Part shown: in pieces, positions 38,877-48,692 of the stretch
Layout of the letters: every line of letters starts with the position of its first letter
Position numbering within the stretch: the stretch's first letter is position 1
Assembly: GCA_032718475.1 (NCBI GenBank)
Contig: JAUCBJ010001846.1
Coordinates: 434,001 to 498,000, forward strand
DNA from: Nemertoderma westbladi
Lineage: Eukaryota > Animalia > Xenacoelomorpha
DNA length: 64,000 nt
Direction of reading: 5' to 3'
Made by a program: the position numbers and the translations under genes
Notes under the pieces: generated by a model
What the model was told of the DNA's origin: nothing
Databases searched by the model: none
What the model saw: only the letters and a program-made list of their open reading frames with translations

Positions 38877-39097
38877 CCAAGGCATTCCAATTAGCCACTT
38901 GAAAAAGCAGGGGTAGGGGATTCTAGTTTTATGAAGGGGATGCGTAACATTTAAAGAAAAGGCCTTTAATAAACGCTTTATCTAAGTAAAGCGGGAAAGG
39001 TAATTGACTCCCCAAAACACCTGAACAAGCAAAAATTAAACACCCCTAGCAAATAGGGCATCTATTTTGTAAAAAAATGAAAGGGTTTTTCGTTTTT

Positions 39098-39748
39098 TTA
39101 TGATTCAAGTATCTTCCATCCCATTAACTTCGCATGTTTTTTTAGTTTTTCGTCAGGCGTCACTGCTATAGGGTGTGTAACCCATTCAAGTAGTGGTTGG
39201 TCGTTGAATGAATCGGAGTAAAAAAAAGTGGTATCAAATCGCTGGCGCTGTTTTTTCATCCATGTTTGAAGGTGCTCAATTTTACCTGCCTGAAAGCAAG
39301 GCACCCCTTTCACTCGGTTGGTTAATTGTCCATTTTTTTGTTGAATGCATGTGGCCATCAAATGCTTAATGCCAAAGTATTTGGCAATGGGTTGGGTGAT
39401 AAATTCGTTGGTTGCGGTGATCATCGCTATCGTGTGGTCTTTTTGTTGGTGGGAGGTAATCCACCCCCTTGCTTGAGGTCGGATAATGGGTTTAATTTTC
39501 TCTTCCATGAATTGTTCATGCATTTTGGCTAATTGTGTTTTTGAGAACTGTGTAAGGGGGGTGAGGGTGAAGCGAAGAAACTCATCAATATCCAGTACAC
39601 CGCTTTGGTAGTCGTTTAGATAAGCAAGGTGTTTTTTTTGAAATGTTTGATCAACATATTTTTTTTTAGTTAAAAACACGCCCCATAAAAAATCGCTATC
39701 GCCCCTAATTAAAGTGTTGTCTAAATCAAAAAGTGCAAGTGTTTTCAT
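39098..39748 (-). CDS. HAD-IB family phosphatase (SerB-like; possibly histidinol-phosphatase)
   Basis: LALFDLDNTLI.GDSD..W, ITATNEFIT.PIA, FYSDSFND.PLL; start reassigned to ATG 39748. Confidence 0.88.
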   Translation of the reverse strand: MKTLALFDLDNTLIRGDSDFLWGVFLTKKKYVDQTFQKKHLAYLNDYQSGVLDIDEFLRFTLTPLTQFSKTQLAKMHEQFMEEKIKPIIRPQARGWITSHQQKDHTIAMITATNEFITQPIAKYFGIKHLMATCIQQKNGQLTNRVKGVPCFQAGKIEHLQTWMKKQRQRFDTTFFYSDSFNDQPLLEWVTHPIAVTPDEKLKKHAKLMGWKILES

Positions 39749-39803
39749 CAAGTGTGAGCCAGTATGTGTTATATAATGATAAGGTTTATAAAAAACTTTG
39801 TAC

Positions 39804-40163
39804 ATGGAATACCCAACAATCATTCGTGATCAAATTCAGATCAGCGACGTGGCGAAAAAAAAGCTGGCTGATCTACTAAGCAATAACGACGGGGCTTGTG
39901 CCATTCGTTTATTCGTTTTGGGTGGGGGTTGTAGCGGTATGAGCTATAGCATGTCCTTTGCCAATGAAAAGTTTGATACCGATAGTGTCTACACCAAAGA
40001 TGATGTAACGGTTTATATCGACCCCATTGCGCTTAATTATTTATCAGGTGTTCAAATTGATTATAGTGAGAATCAAATGGGTTCAAGTTTTTTATTCAAT
40101 AACGTGTTTCAGGTGATTGGCGGTACAGGGGGTTGTGCAGGTTGTGGTAGCACACAAGCCTAG
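39804..40163 (+). CDS. HesB/IscA-family Fe-S carrier variant with C-terminal CxxC
   Basis: IRLFVLGGGCSGMSY and GGTGGCAGCG. Confidence 0.85.
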   Translation: MEYPTIIRDQIQISDVAKKKLADLLSNNDGACAIRLFVLGGGCSGMSYSMSFANEKFDTDSVYTKDDVTVYIDPIALNYLSGVQIDYSENQMGSSFLFNNVFQVIGGTGGCAGCGSTQA

Positions 40164-40221
40164 CTCTCAAACTGTTTGGGTGTTTGTTCATTTTAAAAAC
40201 AAATAAAGGCGTTTTAATTCC

Positions 40222-41418
40222 ATGAAATTAACCATACCCATAACCAAAGCTGTATTTGACCAAGCAGAGAAAGAAGCCATTGTAAAACCTTTAGAAACTG
40301 GTTGGGTGGTACAAGGCCCAAATGTGTTGGCCTTTGAAAACCAATTTGCACAATTTTGTGGTGTGCCGTACGCCCATGCCACCAGCAATTGCACCACAGC
40401 ACTTCATGTCGGGCTTGAGGCTGTGGGAATTGGTGCGGGTGATAAAGTCATTGTGCCCTCATTTACCTACATTGCTAGTGCCAATGCGGTTGAGGCCACA
40501 GGGGCAAAAGTGGTGTTTTGTGATGTTCATTTAAAAACTTTTAATTTAGATGAATCTAAACTTGAAGGCTTAATTCAACAGGATGATTCAATCAAAGCCA
40601 TTATGCCCGTTCATTTGTTTGGTTTGTGTGCGAATATGTCAGCAATTATGAAAATTGCCACACAATTTAATTTGAAGGTGATTGAAGATAGCGCTTGTGG
40701 CTTTGATGCGTGGATTGGTCAAACACACAGCGGCACGTTTGGTGATTGTGGCTGTTTTTCGTTTCACCCTAGAAAATCGATTTGCACCGGTGAAGGGGGG
40801 ATGCTCATTACCAAAAATGAGTCAATGGCTAACAAGGTAGGGCAGTTGAAAGATCATGGGGCAGAAAAATCTGACTTTAAACGACGCAGTGAGAAAGGGG
40901 GGTCGCGCCTACCTGATTTTACGCGCCGAGGGTATAATTACCGCATGACAGATTTACAAGGTGCGCTTGGGGTGTGCCAAATGCAAAAAAAAGAACAAAT
41001 CATGCAAGGCAGAAGGCAAGTTGCCACATGGTATGGTGAGGCCCTTAAGTCCATCCCCGAGCTTGTTCAACCTATCGTGCCAAAAGGGTATCGCCATGGG
41101 TATCAGTCGTATGTGTGTTTATTTACATGGGGTGAATCAGTCGCAGATATTACAAAATCCCAAATTGATCGGCTAAATATTAAGCGAAATACCTTGATGG
41201 ATCAGCTCGAAAAAAATGGCGTGCAAACACGGCAAGGCACCCATGCTGTTCACACGCTAAGTTACTATCAAAATCAATATGGTCTAAACGATACTGATTT
41301 TTTAAACAGTTACGCAGCTGATCGGCTATCAATCGCCCTACCGCTTTATGCGCAAATGAGTGATCAAGAATTTAATTATGTGATCAGTTGCCTTAAAGAG
41401 GCTTTGGTAGTGTTGTGA
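40222..41418 (+). CDS. DegT/DnrJ/EryC1/StrS nucleotide-sugar aminotransferase
   Basis: SNCTTALH, PVHLFG, IEDSAC, FSFHPRKSICTGEGG, GYNYRM. Confidence 0.94.
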   Translation: MKLTIPITKAVFDQAEKEAIVKPLETGWVVQGPNVLAFENQFAQFCGVPYAHATSNCTTALHVGLEAVGIGAGDKVIVPSFTYIASANAVEATGAKVVFCDVHLKTFNLDESKLEGLIQQDDSIKAIMPVHLFGLCANMSAIMKIATQFNLKVIEDSACGFDAWIGQTHSGTFGDCGCFSFHPRKSICTGEGGMLITKNESMANKVGQLKDHGAEKSDFKRRSEKGGSRLPDFTRRGYNYRMTDLQGALGVCQMQKKEQIMQGRRQVATWYGEALKSIPELVQPIVPKGYRHGYQSYVCLFTWGESVADITKSQIDRLNIKRNTLMDQLEKNGVQTRQGTHAVHTLSYYQNQYGLNDTDFLNSYAADRLSIALPLYAQMSDQEFNYVISCLKEALVVL

Positions 41419-41445
41419 TACATTTTAATGATTGAGAAATAGTTT

Positions 41446-43443
41446 ATGTGTGGCATTTGTGGGGTTGTATCCCTCAATAAACCCTCAATCAATATTGAGC
41501 AAGCAAAGCCGATGACTGATGTAATTGCCCATCGCGGGCCAGACGGGGCAGGGCATTTGTTTTTTCACACAGGGGCGCGGCATCGCCGTGATGTATCATT
41601 TCATCAAAATTGTGTGGATTCCGAATTTAAAAATGACCACAGTGATTTACCTGTGCTGGGTTCACCATCTGTTAGCCGCTTACTGAATGGTCATGATTAT
41701 GACCTGTACATGGGGCATAGGCGTTTGGCTATTTTGGATTTAAGCGAGCTTGGCCATCAACCCATGGGTGATTTAACCTCTCAGATTTGGGTGAGCTACA
41801 ACGGTGAGATTTATAATTTTCAAGCGCTTCGCAAACAATTAGAAAAACGCGGTCATCGTTTTGTCAGTAACACCGATACTGAGGTGATTATTTATGCCTA
41901 CATTGAGTGGGGCATGGATTGTGTGAAGCGTTTTAACGGCATGTTTGCTTTTGCGCTTTATGATAATTTTAAAAAAAAATGTTATCTGGTTCGAGATCGC
42001 TACGGCATCAAGCCCCTTTACTATTACCGAACACCTAATCAAACCCTTATTTTTGCCAGTGAGGTGAAGGCAATTTTAGCGTATTTGGGCGATGATAAAT
42101 CTAGGCTAAAACTAGATAAAAAGGCCTTATTTGAATATTTTACCTTTCAAAATATTTTAACGAATAAAACCTTACACTTTGGGGTTGAATTGTTAGAAGC
42201 TGGCCATTACATGACGCTTGATTTATGTGAAAAATCAATTCAAAAAACCCAGTATTGGGATTTTAATTTCACCCAACCTCAAACATTTAAAGATGAAAAC
42301 GAATATATTGAAGAATTAGATAGGTTATTTCAGCAAGCCGTTAAACGCCAGTTGGTGGCTGATGTTAATGTGGGTAGTTATTTAAGCGGGGGCATGGACA
42401 GCGGCTCAATTACTGCGATTGCCTCCAAAAATTTGCCCCACCTTCAAACCTTTACCGTGGGGTTTGACCTGCACAGCTCAAGTGTTCTGGAGTGTGGTTT
42501 TGACGAGCGCTCAAAAGCCGAGTATATGTCATATTTGTTTCAAACCGAGCATTACCAAATGGTGTTAAAAGCAGGCGATATGAAGCGTTGTCTGCGTGAT
42601 TTTACCTATCACTTAGAAACCCCAAGGGTTGGGCAAAGTTACCCTAATTTTTATGCTGCAAAGTTAGCTTCTAAATTTGTAAAAGTCGTGTTAAGTGGGG
42701 CGGGGGGTGATGAGCTATTTGCAGGCTACCCGTGGCGATATTACCGGGCAGCCTCACATACCAATTTTGATGATTACCTCAGGCAATACTACACATTTTG
42801 GCAGCGTTTATTGGATGATCAACAGATAAAAAAGGTATTTCAGCCCATTTGGGGGGTGGTCAAAAATGTTTCAACACCTGCTATTTTTAAGTCCGTTTTT
42901 AAGCAAAGTAAAGCCTTAAAAACACCTGAAGATGCCATTAACCATTCACTGTATTTTGAAGCCAAAACCTTTTTGCATGGCTTATTAGTAGTGGAAGATA
43001 AACTCTCCATGGCACATTCGCTGGAGACCCGTGTGCCATTTTTGGATAATGACTTGGTTGATTTTGCACAACATGTACCCGTTGGTTTAAAATTAGGTCG
43101 CCTTAATCAAGCCGCCCAAATGGATGAAAATGAACTGGGCAAACTTCGAAAAACCAATGATGGGAAATTATTGCTTCGAAAGGCGATGAAAAAATATATC
43201 CCAAACACCATTCACAACGGCGCTAAACAAGGCTTTAGTGCCCCTGATGGCAGTTGGTTTAAAAAAGAAAGTGCAAAGTTTATTCGATCTACCTTATTGG
43301 TTGATCATGCTAATATTTATGAGTATTTGGATAAAACCACCATACAAACATTGGTAAGTGAGCATTTAGAAAGCAGGTGTAACCGCAGATTACTTATATG
43401 GTCGCTGTTAAATTTTGAGAAGTGGTTAAGCTGTTATGGATAA
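41446..43443 (+). CDS. AsnB-like glutamine amidotransferase (glycan uronamide formation likely)
   Basis: MCGICG, HRGPDG, GHRRLAILD, LSGGMDS, SGAGGDELFAGY, ETRVPFLD; located in a glycan cluster. Confidence 0.92.
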   Translation: MCGICGVVSLNKPSINIEQAKPMTDVIAHRGPDGAGHLFFHTGARHRRDVSFHQNCVDSEFKNDHSDLPVLGSPSVSRLLNGHDYDLYMGHRRLAILDLSELGHQPMGDLTSQIWVSYNGEIYNFQALRKQLEKRGHRFVSNTDTEVIIYAYIEWGMDCVKRFNGMFAFALYDNFKKKCYLVRDRYGIKPLYYYRTPNQTLIFASEVKAILAYLGDDKSRLKLDKKALFEYFTFQNILTNKTLHFGVELLEAGHYMTLDLCEKSIQKTQYWDFNFTQPQTFKDENEYIEELDRLFQQAVKRQLVADVNVGSYLSGGMDSGSITAIASKNLPHLQTFTVGFDLHSSSVLECGFDERSKAEYMSYLFQTEHYQMVLKAGDMKRCLRDFTYHLETPRVGQSYPNFYAAKLASKFVKVVLSGAGGDELFAGYPWRYYRAASHTNFDDYLRQYYTFWQRLLDDQQIKKVFQPIWGVVKNVSTPAIFKSVFKQSKALKTPEDAINHSLYFEAKTFLHGLLVVEDKLSMAHSLETRVPFLDNDLVDFAQHVPVGLKLGRLNQAAQMDENELGKLRKTNDGKLLLRKAMKKYIPNTIHNGAKQGFSAPDGSWFKKESAKFIRSTLLVDHANIYEYLDKTTIQTLVSEHLESRCNRRLLIWSLLNFEKWLSCYG

Positions 43444-44050
43444 TTTTTTTGATGAGAAAACCCCTTGGGAAATAAGGGAGCAAATTTTACAGTATAACGC
43501 TACCTTTTCGATGAGTGATGTTGAGCGAGCAAAATTTTTAGGGCTACCAAAGGGGTGTCGGATACGGGAGAATGCTAAAATTATCGCCCCCCAAAATTTA
43601 ACAATGGGGGAGAATTGTTGGATTGGGGAAGGAGCGATCCTAGATGCATCTGGGGGACTCACCATTGGCTCAAATGTTTCAATTGGGTTAAATGTAATGA
43701 TTTGGACACATGATAGCTGTCGTTTGAATATACGTGGCCACAATACATCCAAAATGCGTAACAAAATTATACGCAAACCCACATGTATTGGGGATAATTG
43801 CTTTATTAGCGGCCCCTCTGTTGTGATGCCAGGTGTTAAAATAGGGAATAGATGTGTTATTGGTGCAATGAGTGTTGTGTATGATGACTTGCCTGAAAAA
43901 ACAGTTTTTCAACCCTATAAAGCGATGTGCCAGTTAAAAGTTGAAATTGAGCAAAAAAACAAAGTGATTGAAAAAATTCAACAAGACCTAGCCGCAATTA
44001 AAGCAAAAATCGGGGGGGGGTGTAAATGGTCATGGGTGAAGTATGCGTGA
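43436..44050 (+). CDS. Hexapeptide-repeat acyltransferase with C-terminal coiled coil and G9 tract
   Basis: MGENCWIGEGAILD, IGSNVSIG, IGDNCFI, IGNRCVIGAMSVV repeats. Confidence 0.88.
   Translation: MDNFFDEKTPWEIREQILQYNATFSMSDVERAKFLGLPKGCRIRENAKIIAPQNLTMGENCWIGEGAILDASGGLTIGSNVSIGLNVMIWTHDSCRLNIRGHNTSKMRNKIIRKPTCIGDNCFISGPSVVMPGVKIGNRCVIGAMSVVYDDLPEKTVFQPYKAMCQLKVEIEQKNKVIEKIQQDLAAIKAKIGGGCKWSWVKYA
44012..44020 (+). repeat. G9 homopolymer near the acyltransferase 3' end
   Basis: ATC GGGGGGGGG TGT; tract length determines which stop codon is used. Confidence 0.85.
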
Positions 44051-44831
44051 TATTCGCTTTGCGTTTTTGGGTTCAACGCGCTACAGCGAACAACTGTTAT
44101 TATTTTTGATTAAAGAACAGTTCATTCCAAAAGTGATTTTCTCAATTCCCAAACATTTTCATATTTCATACAGTGAAAAGTTGGTTAAAAATGCAAATTA
44201 TGCTGATCTTTCAAAAATTGCCAAACCATTAGGCATTAAACATTGCTGGGTTGATTCTGTTGATGGTCAGCGTTTAGAGGATTATCAACAAATTATTAAG
44301 GCTCTAAATTTAGATATTTTGTTGGTATTGGGTTGGTATTATATGATCCCTAAAGCGGTTCGAGCGCTTGCCAAATGCGGCGCGTGGGGCATTCATGCCT
44401 CGCTTTTACCCAAATATCGTGGGGGTGCACCGCTTAGTTGGGCAATGATAGAAGGGCAACGTGAAACAGGGGTAACATTATTTAAAATGGCAGGTGGTGT
44501 GGATGATGGGGATATTATTTCACAGCGCGCCTTTACAATTGAATATGAAGATACCATTGAATCTGTTTACGCCAAGGCAACCGCGGCCTCAAAAATACTG
44601 CTAAAACAAGCCTTGCTAAATTTTGAGGGTGTTGAGTTTACGCCACAAACAAAGGGAAAAACAAAAATTTACCCACAGCGATCACCTAAAGACGGTGAAA
44701 TTGATTTAACAAAGAATAGCGTTGCGCTTTATAATTTTATCCGCGGCCAATCACACCCTTATTTTGGTGCGTATATTAAAACAGTAGATGGTAAAAAACT
44801 GGTGATTGAAAAGGCAAGAATAGAGGATTAA
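44043..44831 (+). CDS. Sugar N-formyltransferase (Fmt-like)
   Basis: GIHASLLPKYRGGAPLSWA, GVTLF, GVDDGDII, HPYFGAY. Confidence 0.88.
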   Translation: MRDIRFAFLGSTRYSEQLLLFLIKEQFIPKVIFSIPKHFHISYSEKLVKNANYADLSKIAKPLGIKHCWVDSVDGQRLEDYQQIIKALNLDILLVLGWYYMIPKAVRALAKCGAWGIHASLLPKYRGGAPLSWAMIEGQRETGVTLFKMAGGVDDGDIISQRAFTIEYEDTIESVYAKATAASKILLKQALLNFEGVEFTPQTKGKTKIYPQRSPKDGEIDLTKNSVALYNFIRGQSHPYFGAYIKTVDGKKLVIEKARIED

Positions 44832-44851
44832 TTTTTTCGACCGCGTTTAAT

Positions 44852-45838
44852 TTGAAGTATGAAATGGAAAATCGAATAAATACCAACCCCCCGCTGTCAG
44901 CCGTTTTTAAACAGCCTGTTCAAATTACAGGCAATTTTATCCAATTGGGTGAGCAAAGCAAACATACCAACCAACAACATACTAATCAAGCCTTTAGTGA
45001 AAAGTGGGTGAGGTATGAAAAAACGGATCAAAAAGAGACGTTATATGCCATGCAAAAAAAGTGGTATTTAGCCCTTTATGGGTTTGACAGTGAAAAAGCC
45101 TTGGCATCGTTTTTACAAACCAAGCCCTATATTTTTGATGCAGGCTGTGGCTTGGGTTATAAGGCCAAGTGGTTTGCGGATTTGTCCCCTGAATCCGTCG
45201 TGATTGGCATGGATTTTTCAGCATCTGTTTTGATAGCAGCCAACAATTATGAAAACACCCCCAATCTTTTTTTTATGCAAGGCGATATTGCCCGCACGCC
45301 ATTTTTAGATAATGTGATCGGTTATGTCAGTTGTGATCAGGTGATTATGCATACTGAAAAACCAGAACAAACCTTTAAGGAGTTAAGTAGAATTACCTGT
45401 GAAAATATCGGGGAATTTGCGTGTTATGTGTACGCCAAAAAGGCCTTGCCTCGGGAGCTGTTGGATGAGCATTTTAGAACCTATTGCAAAGACTTATCCC
45501 ATGATCAATTGTGGGATATGTCTGAAAAACTCACCCAATTAGGCAAAACCTTAAGTGAGTTAAATATTCACATTGATGTGCCAGAAATCCCTCAACTAGG
45601 CATTAAAGGGGGCAAGCAAGACCTTCAGCGGTTTATTTATTGGAACTTTATTAAGTGTTTTTGGAACCAAGATTTAGGGCTTGAAACCTCTGTTGCCACC
45701 AATTTTGATTGGTACGCGCCTTCAAATGCCAAGCGATTTAATGAGCAAGAATTCAAAAAGATGATTCGTGATAATCAATTAAACATTAAGCATTTTCACA
45801 CAGAACCAGCTTGTTTTTCAGGGCGGTTTGGCAAGTGA
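44852..45838 (+). CDS. Class I SAM-dependent methyltransferase
   Basis: IFDAGCGLG, IGMDFS, MQGDI; start TTG 44852 or ATG 44864. Confidence 0.85.
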   Translation: MKYEMENRINTNPPLSAVFKQPVQITGNFIQLGEQSKHTNQQHTNQAFSEKWVRYEKTDQKETLYAMQKKWYLALYGFDSEKALASFLQTKPYIFDAGCGLGYKAKWFADLSPESVVIGMDFSASVLIAANNYENTPNLFFMQGDIARTPFLDNVIGYVSCDQVIMHTEKPEQTFKELSRITCENIGEFACYVYAKKALPRELLDEHFRTYCKDLSHDQLWDMSEKLTQLGKTLSELNIHIDVPEIPQLGIKGGKQDLQRFIYWNFIKCFWNQDLGLETSVATNFDWYAPSNAKRFNEQEFKKMIRDNQLNIKHFHTEPACFSGRFGK

Positions 45839-45907
45839 AAATTTTACAAACATTTGTGATTGCTAATGAGTCAAAGCAGTTTTTATTTAGTCAAATGAGC
45901 TTTATTT

Positions 45908-46737
45908 ATGCACAAAGCTAAAGTATTGTTGGTAGGGGCTTGTGGGCTGTTTGGGCGTGCTTTTCGCTCCCTTTTTGCTCAATCTTACGATATTGTACAG
46001 GTAACCCGAGCCAACTACACAAAAACCCTTGAGAGGATGAAAGCAGATTCATCCATCTTTTTTGAATCAGTTATTTTAGCTGCCCAGTCAGGTGATTATA
46101 AGTTGCCGTTGATGTCAAGTGATTTATTTGATGTCAATATGAAAAAATTACATGAGCTGTTATCTGTGTTGGTCAATAAAACTGATCAGATTATTTATTT
46201 TTCATCTGGCAGCGTTTATAAGCAACATCAAAAACCAATCAATGAAAATACACCCCTAGATGTCGATTCTCAAAATCCCTATGGGGTGTCTAAAATTTGT
46301 GCTGAATTACTCTTAAATACATATCGGTCTGTTTTTAAGTTTGTGCATTGTGTGCGACCATTTTTTATGTACGGACCCAACCAAAATAAGCGCATGTTGT
46401 TTCAACAATTGATACAAAAAATTAAAACCAGTGCCCCCATTGAGATAGGCCAAGGGGGGGGCTTAATTTTAACCCAATTTTTGTAAGCGATGCCGCTCGC
46501 ATTGTGCATCAATTAATGACAAAAAAGACGATTGAGCTTACCCACATCAATATGGGGGGCGTTGAGGTGATTTTTTTAGAAGACCTTGTGTTACAAATGG
46601 CCAAGCGTTTGGGAAAAAAGCCCATCATCAAACACACGGGCAAGCCACTGGCGTATTGTGTATCAGCATCGCGCTACTTGCTCATTGAAAAATACAAAAC
46701 AGTTGAGAAAGCGTTACGTTTAATGCTGTCTCCTTAA
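45908..46737 (+). pseudogene. NAD-dependent epimerase/dehydratase, frameshifted near a G8 tract (possibly phase-variable, OFF)
   Basis: GACGLFG, SSGSVY, YGVSK, RPFFMYGPNQ; a one-base insertion restores ..NPIFVSDAARIVHQL into ORF 46504-46737 (276 aa total). Confidence 0.82.
46454..46461 (+). repeat. G8 homopolymer at the epimerase frameshift
   Basis: CAA GGGGGGGG CTT; G9 reads Q-G-G-G-L-N-F-N-P-I-F-V-S-D. Confidence 0.8.
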
Positions 46738-46809
46738 GAGGATGTTATGATGATGGTTTGGTTGCGAGGGCAATATTTTAAAAATACTGCTTGATAGGGA
46801 TTAAAATAA

Positions 46810-47565
46810 ATGTTTAGCGAAAATAATTTCCCCATTTCACTGACCTTTGATGTTGATTGGGCGCCTGATTGTGCCATTGAATGTTGTGTGGATATTTTAA
46901 AAACACATCAAATACCGGCTACTTTTTTTATTACCCACCAATCCCCTATTTTAAGTGATTTATTAGATGATCCAATGTTTGAGGTGGGAATACATCCTAA
47001 TTTTCTAGCCAATAGTTCTCATGGCAGCACTTGGCAATCGGTGATGGAATTTTGCATGAATTTAGTGCCGAACGCAACGTGTATGCGAACCCATGGGCTT
47101 TTTCAAAGTAGCGGCCTTTTATTCTTTATAATGAAAGAATTTAGTCAAATTCAGTATGATTTTTCCTTGTTTTTACCGCATAATCCACATTGCAAACCCT
47201 TTGTTTTTCCACAGGGCGATCATCAGATTATTCGAACCCCTCATCAATGGGAAGATGACTTATATTTTTTTGAAAAATCTGATGCTAAAGATATTGTGTT
47301 TAGCCAAGCCAATTATCAAATGTTTGATTTTCACCCCATTTATGTGTATTTAAATTCACATCATGCAAAGGCGTATAATCAGTTGAAAGAAACATTGAAT
47401 CGACCCTTATTTGAATTAACAAAATCAGAACTTTTGGGTTTTAAAAATGAATCTAATCAATCAGGTTCAAGGCAGTGGCTTGAGTATGTTATATTTTCAA
47501 CTTCAAAAGATCGTTTTGTTCATGCTTCAGTGATTAATGGATTAATGCAGGGTAATGTATGCTAA
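46810..47565 (+). CDS. Polysaccharide deacetylase-like protein (WbmS-like)
   Basis: LTFDVDWAPD, ATFFITH, GIHPNF, RTHGL, WEDD, FDFHP. Confidence 0.8.
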   Translation: MFSENNFPISLTFDVDWAPDCAIECCVDILKTHQIPATFFITHQSPILSDLLDDPMFEVGIHPNFLANSSHGSTWQSVMEFCMNLVPNATCMRTHGLFQSSGLLFFIMKEFSQIQYDFSLFLPHNPHCKPFVFPQGDHQIIRTPHQWEDDLYFFEKSDAKDIVFSQANYQMFDFHPIYVYLNSHHAKAYNQLKETLNRPLFELTKSELLGFKNESNQSGSRQWLEYVIFSTSKDRFVHASVINGLMQGNVC

Positions 47566-48491
47566 GAGTCGGTATTATTGGGCGAACTCGACCATTGTTA
47601 GAGGCAGCCTCTTTATTAGTTGAAAATGGATTTTCAGTTCCGTTTATTCACACTTGCAAAGCAGAGCCGTTTTATCGCTGTGATGAAAAAGAATTTGAAG
47701 CATTGGCAAGCAGCATTAAGGCAGATTTTTACTGCCATACAAGTATTAATTCTCCAGAATATGTAAAAACAATGAAAGCGTATCAGTGTGATGTCGCTAT
47801 TAGTACTAATTGGCTAACTATTTTGCAATCGCCTATCTTAAGTGCTTTTAAGCATGGTGTATATAATGCGCATGCGGGTGATTTACCTAGATACAGAGGC
47901 AATGCGTGTCCAAATTGGGCAATTTTAAATGGTGAAGATTTCATTGGCTTATCTATTCATCAAATGCAGGCAGGTGTTCTTGACAGCGGGGACATCGCCT
48001 TAAAAGTATTTTTTAAACTACGCCCTGATACCTACATTGGGGATATATATCAATGGATATCTCAACAAATACCTAGGCTGTTTTTAAAGCTTGTGAAGCA
48101 AATTCACAGCCAAACTATTCAACACACCCCCCAAAGCAAAGACGAGGCTGATATTTTGCGCTGTTACCCTAGAAAGCCAGAGGATTCAAAAATTATTTGG
48201 AAATCAGATGCTCAAAATGTCTTAAGGCTTATTCGTGCTTCTGCTGATCCATTTCCAGGTGCTTTTTGTAGCTTAAGGGGTCATGGGGTCGTTAGAATAT
48301 GGAAAGCAAAGCTGGTCAAACATGAAGGCGATTTTTTTGCCATCGCTGGTCAAGTGCTGTACAAAATTCATGGGGATCCAGTTGTTGCTTGTGGAAAAGG
48401 AGCACTACAAGTAACACAGGCTAGTTTAGATGAAGGGGGTTATGACGCTAAACCAATCATTTTAAAATCATTGCGCAATCGATTAGAATAG
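47559..48491 (+). CDS. Second sugar N-formyltransferase (WbmR-like)
   Basis: NAHAGDLPRYRGNACPNWA, LDSGDI, PFPGAF. Confidence 0.87.
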   Translation: MLRVGIIGRTRPLLEAASLLVENGFSVPFIHTCKAEPFYRCDEKEFEALASSIKADFYCHTSINSPEYVKTMKAYQCDVAISTNWLTILQSPILSAFKHGVYNAHAGDLPRYRGNACPNWAILNGEDFIGLSIHQMQAGVLDSGDIALKVFFKLRPDTYIGDIYQWISQQIPRLFLKLVKQIHSQTIQHTPQSKDEADILRCYPRKPEDSKIIWKSDAQNVLRLIRASADPFPGAFCSLRGHGVVRIWKAKLVKHEGDFFAIAGQVLYKIHGDPVVACGKGALQVTQASLDEGGYDAKPIILKSLRNRLE

Positions 48492-48692
48492 ATGTTTTTG
48501 TCATACTGAATTTTGATGAACAGTTAATATTTTTTTAGTGTTGAATTTTTTGAGTCCCCTTAACCATTAGAATGGCTTATTAGTAGCGGGGGAATAAGCA
48601 ATGATTACTTCACCAAACGAATATGAGAAGTTAATGAAGGGATTTGATGGTTAATATATTGTTTTTATAATGCGATTTTTGATTATTTTGTT

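Noticed and set aside
38424-39097. Possible oriC or dif site in the large gap
   Set aside because: No TTATCCACA-like DnaA box cluster and no XerC/XerD dif consensus found by eye.
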